From Thermodesulfovibrionales bacterium (GTDB lineage: Bacteria; Nitrospirota; Thermodesulfovibrionia; Thermodesulfovibrionales; SM23-35), in NCBI GenBank assembly GCA_963715195.1, contig CAVQRT010000031.1, positions 256,001 to 320,000 of the forward strand: a stretch of DNA of 64,000 bases. Direction: 5' to 3'. Made by a program: the position numbers and the translations under genes. Every line of letters begins with the position of its first letter. Position 1 is the stretch's first letter. Positions 17,035-26,577 of the stretch are shown piece after piece. The notes beneath the pieces are model-generated. The model was not told the origin of the DNA. It saw only the letters and a list, made by a program, of their open reading frames with translations, and ran no database searches.

Positions 17035-18006
17035 GTGTTCCCCGTTCATCGTCCGCGAAGACTCAGGAAAAATGATACGATCAGGAGAATGGTGAGGGAA
17101 ACCTCACTGTCTCCTGATCATTTTGTATATCCTCTTTTTGTTACCTCCGGCAAAGGCACACGGAAAGAGATATCCTCTATGCCCGGGTGTTATCAAGAGT
17201 CTATCGATACCGTAGCCAGGCATGCTAAGGAAGTCTTTGCGCTCGGCATTCCAGCGGTGATACTCTTCGGCATTCCCGAACACAAGGACGAGACCGGCTC
17301 GGGTGCATATGATGATCAGGGCGTCGTTCAGAAGGCTATCAGGTCAATAAAGAATAAGGTACCTGAATTGTTTGTCGCCACCGATGTTTGTTTGTGCGAA
17401 TATACAAGCCACGGCCACTGCGGAGTCATAAAAAATGGTGATGTGCAGAACGATCTAACCCTTGAATTGCTGGTGAAGGAAGCGGTTTCCCACGCGAAGG
17501 CCGGTGCTGATATGGTCGCTCCATCGGATATGATGGACGGAAGGGTCGGCACAATCCGCGCCGCCCTGGATGAAGAGGGATATGAAGAACTCCCGATTAT
17601 GTCCTATGCCGCGAAATATGCATCGGCGTTTTACGGCCCGTTCAGAGATGCTGCCGAATCAACTCCCCAGTTCGGCGACAGGCGCTCATACCAGATGGAT
17701 CCTGCCAACAGGAGAGAGGCCTTGAAGGAGGTGGCGCTTGATGTTCAGGAAGGTGCCGATATTGTTATGGTGAAACCCGCACTTGCATATCTTGACGTTA
17801 TCTCAGATGTTAAGGACGCTTTTGATGTCCCCGTGGCAGCCTACAATGTGAGCGGAGAATATTCACTCGTAAAAGCTGCCGGAAAACTCGGGTGGATAGA
17901 TGAGCAGCGTGTCATGATGGAGATACTTACCTCGATTAGGCGTGCAGGGGCTGATCTCATACTTACCTATTTTGCAAAAGAAGCCTCAAAAATTCTCAAT
18001 AAATAA
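17035..18006 (+). CDS. hemB: Porphobilinogen synthase
   Basis: [48 protein letters not shown]. Confidence 0.96.
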   Translation: MFPVHRPRRLRKNDTIRRMVRETSLSPDHFVYPLFVTSGKGTRKEISSMPGCYQESIDTVARHAKEVFALGIPAVILFGIPEHKDETGSGAYDDQGVVQKAIRSIKNKVPELFVATDVCLCEYTSHGHCGVIKNGDVQNDLTLELLVKEAVSHAKAGADMVAPSDMMDGRVGTIRAALDEEGYEELPIMSYAAKYASAFYGPFRDAAESTPQFGDRRSYQMDPANRREALKEVALDVQEGADIVMVKPALAYLDVISDVKDAFDVPVAAYNVSGEYSLVKAAGKLGWIDEQRVMMEILTSIRRAGADLILTYFAKEASKILNK

Positions 18007-18294
18007 TTATCTGCATCAAAGTTTTCCTTGACGCTTCTTTCCCCAGGACTTAGCCCAGATTATTCATATACTGTGGTACCTTGACAGGACACAATATTGT
18101 CGCTCATTCTCGGTCTTCGACCTCCGAGGAATTTTGCCTCATTATTATTGAATACATAGTGTTTGAATATCTGCAAAATAAATCCGCTCAAACACTATGT
18201 CCTGTTAGTATCCAAGGAAATTTGTGAATTATATAGGTTAGAATGTAAGGGAAAATTTCATGCAATCATATTTATCATAGGAGGGAGGATTAAG

Positions 18295-19350
18295 ATGAAG
18301 AAGACGTCCATTATCCTGCTGTCAATGTTCGTTCTTATCGTGTCAGGGTTTCTTGCGCAGGGGTATTCTGAAGATGTCAAGAAGGAGGATTGTTTCTTCC
18401 TGTCGAGTCTTCATCATACGTCGAGGGGGATGGCTTACTGGTATGATAAAGCGAATGGCGGTCTTGAAACACTTACCGGCATACCGTATGCAAGTCCGAA
18501 ACTCGATTGCACTAACTGTCACGTAAAGTCATGTGACGTCTGTCATAAGACGGTAACCGAAGATAAGTTGTCTTACTCTGTTAAAGCAGCGCAGAATCAG
18601 GATGTCTGTCTGAATTGCCATAAACGGGAAAAGACTCTCATGAAGATTGATAAAGATGCCAATCAGGTTGATGTCCACGTGGACAAGCAGATGCGATGCA
18701 TGAATTGTCATAGAACGAGAGAAGTCCACGGTGACGGAAAGGAATATAATTCCATGAAGCAGCCTGGAGCGATCGATGCGAAATGCAAGAAGTGTCATCC
18801 GTCGGTTCCCGAAAGTATCTCACATGAGATTCACGGGGATAGGTTGGAATGTAACGCATGTCACGTCCGTCATGTTGTAAGCTGTCAGAACTGTCATATT
18901 GAGACCATTATCAATGAGCGGAAGCGCGTAGATATCAAAGTCTCCGGATGGTTGTTTCTGATGAATTACGAAGGTAAGGTAACATCAGCAAATACCCAGA
19001 CATTTGTGGTGCCGGGGAATAAGACCTTCATCTTATTTGCTCCACAGAACAGTCATTCGATCATGAGGGAGGGACGTAAGTGTGGTGACTGCCATGGTAC
19101 TGATATCGTCAAACAGGCTCAGAATGGTAAGGTGAAGCTGACTTGGCTTGAAAACAATGAATTGAAGAATCTTAAGGGTGTAATCCCTGTCGTTGAGGGA
19201 GTGGAATATGATTGTGTATATCAGGATTATAAAAACGGGAAATGGCTTCCCATCCAGAATCCACCATCACCTATGGTCCAATATAGCGGCTATGGCAAGC
19301 CCTTGACAAAGGATCAGTTGAAGAAACTGGCGCACCCGATGGGCAGGTAG
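18295..19350 (+). CDS. Periplasmic octaheme cytochrome c
   Basis: Signal peptide MKKTSIILLS...; eight CxxCH motifs; GGAGG RBS. Confidence 0.85.
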   Translation: MKKTSIILLSMFVLIVSGFLAQGYSEDVKKEDCFFLSSLHHTSRGMAYWYDKANGGLETLTGIPYASPKLDCTNCHVKSCDVCHKTVTEDKLSYSVKAAQNQDVCLNCHKREKTLMKIDKDANQVDVHVDKQMRCMNCHRTREVHGDGKEYNSMKQPGAIDAKCKKCHPSVPESISHEIHGDRLECNACHVRHVVSCQNCHIETIINERKRVDIKVSGWLFLMNYEGKVTSANTQTFVVPGNKTFILFAPQNSHSIMREGRKCGDCHGTDIVKQAQNGKVKLTWLENNELKNLKGVIPVVEGVEYDCVYQDYKNGKWLPIQNPPSPMVQYSGYGKPLTKDQLKKLAHPMGR

Positions 19351-19404
19351 GTAACGGCTACTTCACAAACAATTATATAGAACGACTTAATACCAATGCA
19401 GCTT

Positions 19405-19484
19405 GTCATTCCGGCTTGACCGGAATCTTTCTGAAGAAGAGGGATTCCCGACCTCCCGAAAGCATTCGGGATTGCGGGAATGAC
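19405..19484. repeat. REP-like GTCATT...GGAATGAC double-hairpin repeat, copy 1 (with nested CCCGAAAGCATTCGGG palindrome)
   Basis: GTCATTCCGGCTTGACCGGAATC...GGATTCCCG...GCGGGAATGAC; related copies at 34772, 38068, 40402, 54864. Confidence 0.7.
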
Positions 19485-19510
19485 ATATGAGTAATGTCGT
19501 AATGTGAAAA

Positions 19511-20506
19511 CTATGCCCCATAAAATTTAGACGGGCCTTGCAGAACGTGCCATTCAGCTTCTTCAAAGACTTTTATGCACTCCTTGACTGTCATCCCCCG
19601 TTTGCCTTCTGTCTCTTTCTCGGTGTCGCGGGGGTTGGCCCCGGCTTCCGCCCACAGGAGGTTGGCCCCTGCAGCGGCACCAATGACATTCGGCTCGTGA
19701 GTGCAGTTGCCTGGTACGTCATACCCCAGCGCCAATCTCACTACCGCAAGAATGTGTGCCATCTTTGCCTCGCTGACGATACCATATTGAGCCATATTGG
19801 TTCCGGGTATCGGGATTCGCCGTGCTGCCCCACTATACACCGGTTTGGCGTCACGGGTAATTATTGTCTTTTCTACTAATTCTTCAATAGAATGTTCATT
19901 ACCAACCGGCTCGACACAAGTACCCAATGATAGTCCGGCTTCTCTCGCATTTTTAAAAGTCATGAGTCTTTTATTGACAGGAATTGTTGTATCTCGACCT
20001 TCACCTAATCTCACAGCATGGTATATTCCCACAAAACCGGTATCTTTCAGCTTTTTTGCCTGTTCTCTGGTAAAATCTCCGATGTTTGCAACAAGGACAG
20101 TTTCCGGGCGGAGGGATTTCCTGATTTCCCGGGAGATGTTGACGAATTTTTCGAACGAATAATCAGCCGTACTCATGATATAAACGGCATTCGCTCCGTC
20201 AGCTTCGAGCTGTTTTGCTTTTGCAACAGCTTCCTCCGCTGAAATTTCAACCCTTTCAGTAAAAACTTTGTTTTTGGCCGCAAACGAACAAAATGAACAG
20301 TTCCTAGGGCACGGAGCAATATTTAAACCCACTTGCGCATGAACTTCCGCCAGGCCATTGCCTGCATGCTCACTCTTTCTTCGAGAAGCTGCGAGCATCA
20401 TTGCAGATTCTTCGGAAAAGAGGGGAACCCGGAATAATGAGGTAATTTCCTCTCTGCTGAGCGATGCTCCGTCTAATGCCTTTTGCAGTATTTCCCTAAT
20501 CAGAAT
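19511..20506 (-). CDS. Radical SAM protein, biotin-synthase-like family
   Basis: CPRNCSFC motif; open frame extends 35 codons above ATG 20401 to an ATT at 20506 preceded by GGGGG. Confidence 0.78.
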   Translation of the reverse strand: MLIREILQKALDGASLSREEITSLFRVPLFSEESAMMLAASRRKSEHAGNGLAEVHAQVGLNIAPCPRNCSFCSFAAKNKVFTERVEISAEEAVAKAKQLEADGANAVYIMSTADYSFEKFVNISREIRKSLRPETVLVANIGDFTREQAKKLKDTGFVGIYHAVRLGEGRDTTIPVNKRLMTFKNAREAGLSLGTCVEPVGNEHSIEELVEKTIITRDAKPVYSGAARRIPIPGTNMAQYGIVSEAKMAHILAVVRLALGYDVPGNCTHEPNVIGAAAGANLLWAEAGANPRDTEKETEGKRGMTVKECIKVFEEAEWHVLQGPSKFYGA

Positions 20507-20602
20507 ACTATACCCCCAGCAAAGTTCTCGCGATCGTGCGAATTAATAATTATACCATTGATTCTATGGTAAGCGCGGTCATATGTTGCCGTTAAATTCC
20601 AC

Positions 20603-20653
20603 TTGACAGGAAATTCTCATAGGTATAAAATGATATTGACAATCATTATCAAT
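20603..20653 (+). promoter_or_regulatory. Promoter with Fur box
   Basis: TTGACA 20603-20608, TAAAAT 20626-20631; ATTGACAATCATTATCAAT 20635-20653. Confidence 0.72.
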
Positions 20654-20669
20654 AAGGAGATTAGTCGTT

Positions 20670-21143
20670 ATGCCGTGGAGAGATGGATCCGGACCCCCAT
20701 GGTTGCAGGGGAAATTAAAGGGTTGTGGTTACAGGCTGACAGTACCGAGAGAAGCCATTCTGGATGTTTTGAGTAACACAAATGAACATCTGTCTGCTGA
20801 AGATATTTATCTAAAGGTACACAAGGTGCATCCTGCAATCGGATTGACGACTGTGTACCGAACTTTAGAACTGCTGGTGCAAACGGGGATGGTGTTCAAA
20901 TTCGACTTTGGCGATGGCAGAGCCAGATATGAATTATCTGAAAGTCCAAAGGGTATTGGGCACCATCACCATCTCGTGTGCACCAAATGCCGCAGGATCG
21001 TTGATTATCAGGATTTTATTGATGAAGAAAAAGAGCTCTTGAAAAAGACCGAACGGGGGCTTTCTAAGAAATATAATTTTCAGATTACGAACCATCTCAT
21101 CCAGTTTTACGGGTTATGTTCGCGCTGTCTGAAGAGCGGTTAA
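20670..21143 (+). CDS. fur: Fur-family transcriptional regulator
   Basis: HLSAEDIY, TVYRTL, HHHHLVCTKC, C-terminal CSRC. Confidence 0.9.
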   Translation: MPWRDGSGPPWLQGKLKGCGYRLTVPREAILDVLSNTNEHLSAEDIYLKVHKVHPAIGLTTVYRTLELLVQTGMVFKFDFGDGRARYELSESPKGIGHHHHLVCTKCRRIVDYQDFIDEEKELLKKTERGLSKKYNFQITNHLIQFYGLCSRCLKSG

Positions 21144-21158
21144 AAAAATTTGTCATAT

Positions 21159-21177
21159 AATGAAAATGATTATCATT
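21159..21177. promoter_or_regulatory. Second Fur box
   Basis: AATGAAAATGATTATCATT directly downstream of fur. Confidence 0.68.
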
Positions 21178-21272
21178 GGCACCAATGGACACGAGACTTT
21201 TTGATGACCTGTATAGGAATTTTCTGATCGATGTTTCGATCAGAATCATAAGGAAGCAGATTTTTCAATACC

Positions 21273-22037
21273 ATGAAAACATTACAATTTAGAAATTGCA
21301 AAGTATGCATAAACCCTTTCTGCTCAATTATTGCGGTGATGATCATTTTCTCTTGCGTGAAAGTCATGACACCTATTGACGGTTACCGTTTGCACGCTTT
21401 TGACTATCTGATTATTTCCTTTCTGATTCTCGTTGGTTCGATGGGTTGTCTCTTCTTACACGAGTATGCACATGTTCTGGCATCGAGGAGGATAGGCTTA
21501 CCGGTTAAGGAAATTACGGTGTCATTGTTTGGAGCTTACACGTCACTTCATGGTAGCCCTTTGCAACCACGAGAGGCACTCGTTGTATCTATAGCCGGGC
21601 CTGTCGCAAATGTCTTTATAGGAATCATTTTCTATGCAGGTTACCTTGTTTTCCTGCAATCAGATATTGTCGGTACTATATTCTTTTACCTGAGCGTTTT
21701 CAATGGTGTTCTGAGTGCTTACAATTTAATGCCAGTTATGCCTTTAGATGGAGGATTGATTGTGCGTTCCACATTGTGGTTGGTGAGCGGTAACTGGACA
21801 TGGGCAACGCGAAGAGCACTCCTCATTGGCAATGGATATGCTGTACTTTGCATTATCGCAGGAATCATGCTTGTCACCATGCAGCATAGTCTCATCGGTG
21901 CCGTTTTATGCGTTCTGGGGTTATCTCTTTGGCAAAGTGAAAAATTAGCATATCAACGAATGTTGGCAGCAAAAATATTGAACATAGTAAACCCTAAGGG
22001 CTATCGAAAGGAGGTGATGAGAGATGCCATTCGGTGA
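21273..22037 (+). CDS. Site-2 protease (peptidase M50) family membrane protein
   Basis: HEYAH, IAGP, NLMPVMPLDGG and multiple hydrophobic segments. Confidence 0.82.
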   Translation: MKTLQFRNCKVCINPFCSIIAVMIIFSCVKVMTPIDGYRLHAFDYLIISFLILVGSMGCLFLHEYAHVLASRRIGLPVKEITVSLFGAYTSLHGSPLQPREALVVSIAGPVANVFIGIIFYAGYLVFLQSDIVGTIFFYLSVFNGVLSAYNLMPVMPLDGGLIVRSTLWLVSGNWTWATRRALLIGNGYAVLCIIAGIMLVTMQHSLIGAVLCVLGLSLWQSEKLAYQRMLAAKILNIVNPKGYRKEVMRDAIR

Positions 22038-22395
22038 CGGAACAGGACCTCAGGGCTTCGGGCCAAGGACAGGAAGAGGGTCAGGATATTGCGCTGGCTT
22101 TGGAATGCCTGGTTCCATGAATTCTGTGCCTGGAGGAGCGGGCTTTGGCTTCGGCCGCGGCAGGGCAATGGGCTGCCAGTGGTTTGGAGGTGGTCGCGGA
22201 TGGCGGAACTGGTATCGTGCAACTGGATTACCCCACTGGGCACGAGCAGGGTATGGATATCCTTATGCACCATCATGTACCGCCAAAGAGGAAACAAACT
22301 TTCTTAGGGAAGAGGCAGAATTTCTGAGAAAGCAGCTCGAAGACATTCAAAACCGGATCAGTACTTTAGAAAAGGCAGAAACGCAGGAAAGCTGA
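22024..22395 (+). CDS. DUF5320-like Gly/Arg-rich protein with C-terminal coiled coil
   Basis: MPFGDGTGPQGFGPRTGRGSGYCAG; coiled-coil tail; AGGAGGTG RBS. Confidence 0.8.
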   Translation: MPFGDGTGPQGFGPRTGRGSGYCAGFGMPGSMNSVPGGAGFGFGRGRAMGCQWFGGGRGWRNWYRATGLPHWARAGYGYPYAPSCTAKEETNFLREEAEFLRKQLEDIQNRISTLEKAETQES

Positions 22396-22527
22396 TATGT
22401 CCAATATCAGGTTGCCATTGCGATCTCGCTCCCCCCTTCCTGTATCAAGAGCAGATGTTTTGAGTATTCTGCCTTGAGAGTGGATCGCAATGGCTTTTTT
22501 AAGAAAAGATAAGGGAGGTAACATCAC

Positions 22528-22932
22528 GTGAGAGTTGCAATATCTACAGACGGTGAATTTGTATCGGAACATTTCGGAAGATGTCCGTCTTTTACGGTAG
22601 TCGATATTGAAGAGGGCATAGTCAGGAGTACCATGGCCTTGGAAAATCCCGGACATCAGCCAGGGGTTATCCCCCAATTTTTACATCAGAAGGGAGTCAA
22701 CTGTATTGTGGCAGGCGGCATGGGAATGCGTGCAAGAGGTTTTTTTGATGAGGTCGGTATGCAAGCGATTCTGGGTATTACAGGAAGGATCGACGATGTA
22801 ATCCGGAAACTTCAGAACGGAATACTGCAGGGAGGTGAGAGTCTCTGCAAGCCAGGTGCAGGAAAAGGATATGGTCTTGACAAGGAAGTGTGTGACCATC
22901 CAGATGAAGCGCATAAAAAGTGTAAACACTAA
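22528..22932 (+). CDS. NifB/NifX-family cofactor-binding protein
   Basis: VSEHFGRCPSF, IVAGGMG. Confidence 0.85.
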   Translation: MRVAISTDGEFVSEHFGRCPSFTVVDIEEGIVRSTMALENPGHQPGVIPQFLHQKGVNCIVAGGMGMRARGFFDEVGMQAILGITGRIDDVIRKLQNGILQGGESLCKPGAGKGYGLDKEVCDHPDEAHKKCKH

Positions 22933-22947
22933 AGAGAGGTGATAGAC

Positions 22948-23316
22948 ATGAAAATTTGTATAACGTCACAGGAAGACAATCTCGATGCACAGGTCGATCC
23001 CCGCTTTGGCAGATGCCGATATTTTGTTATTGCTGATCCGGAAACCCTTCAGTATGAGGCGATTGTGAATCCTAATATTGATGCGAGGGGTGGTGCAGGC
23101 ATACAATCAGGGCAGATTATGGCCGAAAAGCAGGTCAAAGCAGTTGTCACGGGAAATGTAGGTCCGAATGCTTTTCAGACGCTCAATGCAGCCGGAATTA
23201 CGGTAGTAACAGGTGCGTCGGGCACTGTCAGGCACGCGATAGAAAAATACAAGAACGGGGAATTAGAAACAGCCCAGGGACCAACAACCGGCGCCATGAT
23301 GGCGCACGGGAAATAG
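22948..23316 (+). CDS. NifB/NifX-family cofactor-binding protein
   Basis: VDPRFGRCRYF, GGAGIQSGQ, TGNVGPNAF. Confidence 0.87.
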   Translation: MKICITSQEDNLDAQVDPRFGRCRYFVIADPETLQYEAIVNPNIDARGGAGIQSGQIMAEKQVKAVVTGNVGPNAFQTLNAAGITVVTGASGTVRHAIEKYKNGELETAQGPTTGAMMAHGK

Positions 23317-23329
23317 GGAGGTGATTGGA

Positions 23330-23545
23330 ATGCCAAGAGGACAGGGTCAAGGTTCTGGTTCGGGCGGCGGGATGGGAAGAGGTGCTGGCAGCGCTGGTAG
23401 AAGAGGAATGGGAGGTAAAAAAGCTGGAGGCCCGGGAGGTAATTGCATCTGCCCCAATTGTGGAGAAAAAGTTGTCCATCAGCAGGGTGTCCCCTGTTAC
23501 TCAGTCAACTGCTCCAAATGCGGTGCAAAAATGGTGAGGGAATAG
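23330..23545 (+). CDS. Small Gly-rich protein with C-terminal zinc ribbon
   Basis: GPGGNCICPNCG...GVPCYSVNCSKCG; GGAGGTG RBS. Confidence 0.75.
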   Translation: MPRGQGQGSGSGGGMGRGAGSAGRRGMGGKKAGGPGGNCICPNCGEKVVHQQGVPCYSVNCSKCGAKMVRE

Positions 23546-23584
23546 AGGTGTTAGAAATGCAATCTCCTTGGAGAGAGGTGGAAT

Positions 23585-24484
23585 ATGCGTAAGGAACAGG
23601 AATGTAAAACGAATGAAAGCAGTTCAAAGCGGAATCTCCCGACAAGGGAGGAGATTGAAGAGATGCGGGAAAAGCTTGCGCTGCAGGATAATATCGGGCG
23701 TATCAGCCACAAAGTTGTTGTACTGTCAGGTAAAGGGGGTGTCGGCAAGAGTACGGTTGCTACCAATATAGCAGTCGCCCTGTCTGTAAAGGGACAGAAG
23801 GTCGGACTGATGGATGTTGATATCCATGGTCCGAGTATTCCTAAAATGCTGGGACTTGAAGGAAACGTACTGAGAGGAACAGAAACAGGGCTTACGCCGA
23901 TAGTTTATAGTGATAATTTACGGGTGATGTCAATCGGGTTTATCCTGAGGAGTCAGAACGATGCAGTTATTTGGAGGGCACCACTGAAACACAAGCTCAT
24001 AAGAGATTTTCTTACCGATGTGAAATGGGGTGAGATTGATTATCTTATTATTGACTCTCCTCCAGGAACCGGAGACGAACCTCTTTCTGTTGCTCAGTTG
24101 ATTGAAGATGCAGACGGAGCTGTCATTGTGACAACCCCTCAGGATGTAGCCCTTATAGATGTACGCAAGGCTATAACGTTTTGTCGTCAGGTAAACCTTC
24201 CGGTTTTGGGGGTTGTTGAGAATATGAGTGGCTTTGTTTGCCCTCATTGTGGTAAGACGGTGAATATATTTAAAACTGGTGGTGGTGAATCAATGGCATC
24301 AGATATGGGCGTGCCTTTTCTCGGACGTATACCACTGGAACCGAAGATTGTCGATGCAGGCGACAGCGGAAAACCGTATTTTGAGTACTACCGGGAGTCG
24401 GAAACCGCAAAGGCTTTCAATAGGGTAATAGAAACCCTGCTCTTGTTGAACTCTCAAAGGAAAACTGCTTCTTCAGGAGAGTGA
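23585..24484 (+). CDS. Mrp/NBP35 (ApbC) Fe-S cluster carrier ATPase
   Basis: SGKGGVGKST, DIHGPS, DSPPGTGD, ENMSGFVCPHC. Confidence 0.92.
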   Translation: MRKEQECKTNESSSKRNLPTREEIEEMREKLALQDNIGRISHKVVVLSGKGGVGKSTVATNIAVALSVKGQKVGLMDVDIHGPSIPKMLGLEGNVLRGTETGLTPIVYSDNLRVMSIGFILRSQNDAVIWRAPLKHKLIRDFLTDVKWGEIDYLIIDSPPGTGDEPLSVAQLIEDADGAVIVTTPQDVALIDVRKAITFCRQVNLPVLGVVENMSGFVCPHCGKTVNIFKTGGGESMASDMGVPFLGRIPLEPKIVDAGDSGKPYFEYYRESETAKAFNRVIETLLLLNSQRKTASSGE

Positions 24485-24488
24485 ATCC

Positions 24489-24731
24489 ATGCCTGTTTAT
24501 GAATATAAATGTGAAACATGCGAATATGTATTTGAAGTGAACCATGCAATGAACGAAAATCCGGCTGTGTTCTGTCCGGAGTGCAATGCAAACGCCATGA
24601 AGATTATTACCGGAGGAACGGGGTTTATTATGAAAGGCTCTCATCATAAGGGTACCGGCATCCAGTGCGGAAGGGAACAGACATGCTGCGGAAAAAGCAC
24701 CCCGTGTGAAACACGACCGTGTGACAAATAA
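24489..24731 (+). CDS. FmdB-family zinc ribbon protein
   Basis: MPVYEYKCETC...CPEC...GFIMKGS. Confidence 0.82.
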   Translation: MPVYEYKCETCEYVFEVNHAMNENPAVFCPECNANAMKIITGGTGFIMKGSHHKGTGIQCGREQTCCGKSTPCETRPCDK

Positions 24732-24755
24732 GATGACAAGAGGAGGAATAATCCA

Positions 24756-25625
24756 TTGATCATATCGATTGCAAGCGGGAAAGGCGGCACCGGAAAGACC
24801 ACTGTTGCGGTGAATCTTGCCTTATCGCTTCAGAATGTCCAGTTTCTGGACTGTGACGTGGAAGAACCGAATGCGCATCTTTTTCTGAAGCCAAAAATGC
24901 ACTCGAAGAAAATTGCTACTATCCCGGTACCCCAGGTTGATGAAACGCGATGTGATTTCTGTGGGAAATGCAGTGAGGTGTGCGCTTACAATGCGATTGC
25001 TGTTTTTCCGGGCAACGAAAACAGAATCGGGAGCGGTGTTCTGATTTTTCCCCATCTCTGCCATGGTTGCGGAGGCTGTACGCTCCTGTGTCCGCGTGGT
25101 GCCATCCATGAAGTGGACAAGGAAATAGGCGTGATTGAAAAAGGCACATGCGGGGCTATGCATTTTGTTCACGGCAAATTACATATCGGGGAAATTATGT
25201 CACCGCCTTTAATCAGACAGGTGAAGCTTTCTATTGACCGGTCACGCACAGTCATCATTGATGCTCCTCCTGGGACTTCCTGTCCTGTTATCGGCTCGGT
25301 AAAAGGGAGCGATTTCTGCATCCTCGTCACCGAGCCGACTCCTTTTGGATTGCATGACCTCATTCTGGCGGTTGAAGTGCTTGAGAAAATGGAGATTCCC
25401 TTCGGGGTTGTGATAAACCGCTCTGATATCGGGGATAGCGGGGTGGACAATTTTTGCCGGGGCAGGAATATTCCTATCCTTATGCAGATTCCTTTCGACA
25501 AGGAGATTGCATTTCTCTATTCGAACGGCATCCCATTCGTCACGGAAAAGGAAGAGTACATTCAGAAATTTGAGAATATGTTTGAAGCTATTGAAGCAGG
25601 CATCAGCGGGAAGGCTGCACGATGA
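24756..25625 (+). CDS. MinD-superfamily P-loop ATPase with inserted ferredoxin domain (COG1149-type), copy 1
   Basis: SGKGGTGKTT, DCDVEEPN, two 4Fe-4S motifs, DAPPGTSCP, TEPTPFG. Confidence 0.87.
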   Translation: MIISIASGKGGTGKTTVAVNLALSLQNVQFLDCDVEEPNAHLFLKPKMHSKKIATIPVPQVDETRCDFCGKCSEVCAYNAIAVFPGNENRIGSGVLIFPHLCHGCGGCTLLCPRGAIHEVDKEIGVIEKGTCGAMHFVHGKLHIGEIMSPPLIRQVKLSIDRSRTVIIDAPPGTSCPVIGSVKGSDFCILVTEPTPFGLHDLILAVEVLEKMEIPFGVVINRSDIGDSGVDNFCRGRNIPILMQIPFDKEIAFLYSNGIPFVTEKEEYIQKFENMFEAIEAGISGKAAR

Positions 25626-25729
25626 ACGTTATCGACAGAATGCGCTTGCTTGATATTAAACCATATGTGCCGGATTTTGAACCGAGACAAGAAGTCGGAA
25701 CCGGCTGGCTTGAGGGGACATTACCATGA
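25622..25729 (+). pseudogene. 35-codon remnant resembling the TsaA/TrmO C-terminus
   Basis: MNVIDRMRLLDIKPYVPDFEPRQEVGTGWLEGTLP*; ATGA overlaps with both neighbours; LDIKP also in the full paralog at 33530. Confidence 0.55.
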
Positions 25730-26574
25730 AACAGATAGTTGTTATAAGCGGAAAGGGAGGTACAGGGAAAACCGTCTTAACCGCATCTTTTGCCTCACTG
25801 GCCGGTAACAAAGTCATGGTCGACTGTGATGTGGATGCGGCAGATTTGCATCTTTTGTTGAAGCCGGACATAAAGGAACGGCATGAGTTCAGAAGTGGTG
25901 TAACCGCCAGGATAGACAGAGACATTTGTCAGGAATGCGGTGAATGTATTTCAGCCTGCCGATTCGAGGCAATAAGTGAAGATTTCAGGGTAGATCCAGT
26001 CTCATGTGAGGGATGTACTGTCTGCAGCCATGTTTGTCCCGCAGGTGCGGTCATAATGGAAGAAAATATTTCAGGAGAGTGGTACATTTCAGAGACAAAA
26101 TACGGTGCTCTTGTGCATGCGAAATTGGGCATCGCCGAAGAAAACTCGGGCAAGCTCGTTGCGAAGGTGCGTCAAATTGCAAAAGATATAGCCGAGAAAA
26201 CAGAGAGAGATTACGTGATAATTGACGGCCCCCCCGGCATCGGCTGTCCTGTCATTGCAGCAATCACCGGTGTTGACCTCGCACTCATTGTAACAGAGCC
26301 AACCCTGTCAGGCATGCATGACATGGAAAGGGTGGCACAGGTGTCGAAACATTTCGGGATTCCAACGAAAGTGGTTATCAATAAATACGACTTGAATCTG
26401 AAAAACAGCGAAACTATCAGAAAGATGTGTGACCAGGCAGATATGGAAGTGGCAGCACTTCTGCCGTTTTCCCGGCAGGTTAGTGAATCAATCGTTCAGG
26501 GAATTCCTCTCGTCGAATTCAGCAAGAACGGAATATCCGGGGACATCGCTCTGCTCTGGGAGAGGATCAGATAA
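25726..26574 (+). CDS. MinD-superfamily P-loop ATPase with inserted ferredoxin domain, copy 2
   Basis: SGKGGTGKT, DCDVDAADL, CQECGECISAC, CEGCTVCSHVCP, ENSGKLV. Confidence 0.87.
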   Translation: MKQIVVISGKGGTGKTVLTASFASLAGNKVMVDCDVDAADLHLLLKPDIKERHEFRSGVTARIDRDICQECGECISACRFEAISEDFRVDPVSCEGCTVCSHVCPAGAVIMEENISGEWYISETKYGALVHAKLGIAEENSGKLVAKVRQIAKDIAEKTERDYVIIDGPPGIGCPVIAAITGVDLALIVTEPTLSGMHDMERVAQVSKHFGIPTKVVINKYDLNLKNSETIRKMCDQADMEVAALLPFSRQVSESIVQGIPLVEFSKNGISGDIALLWERIR

Positions 26575-26577
26575 TTT

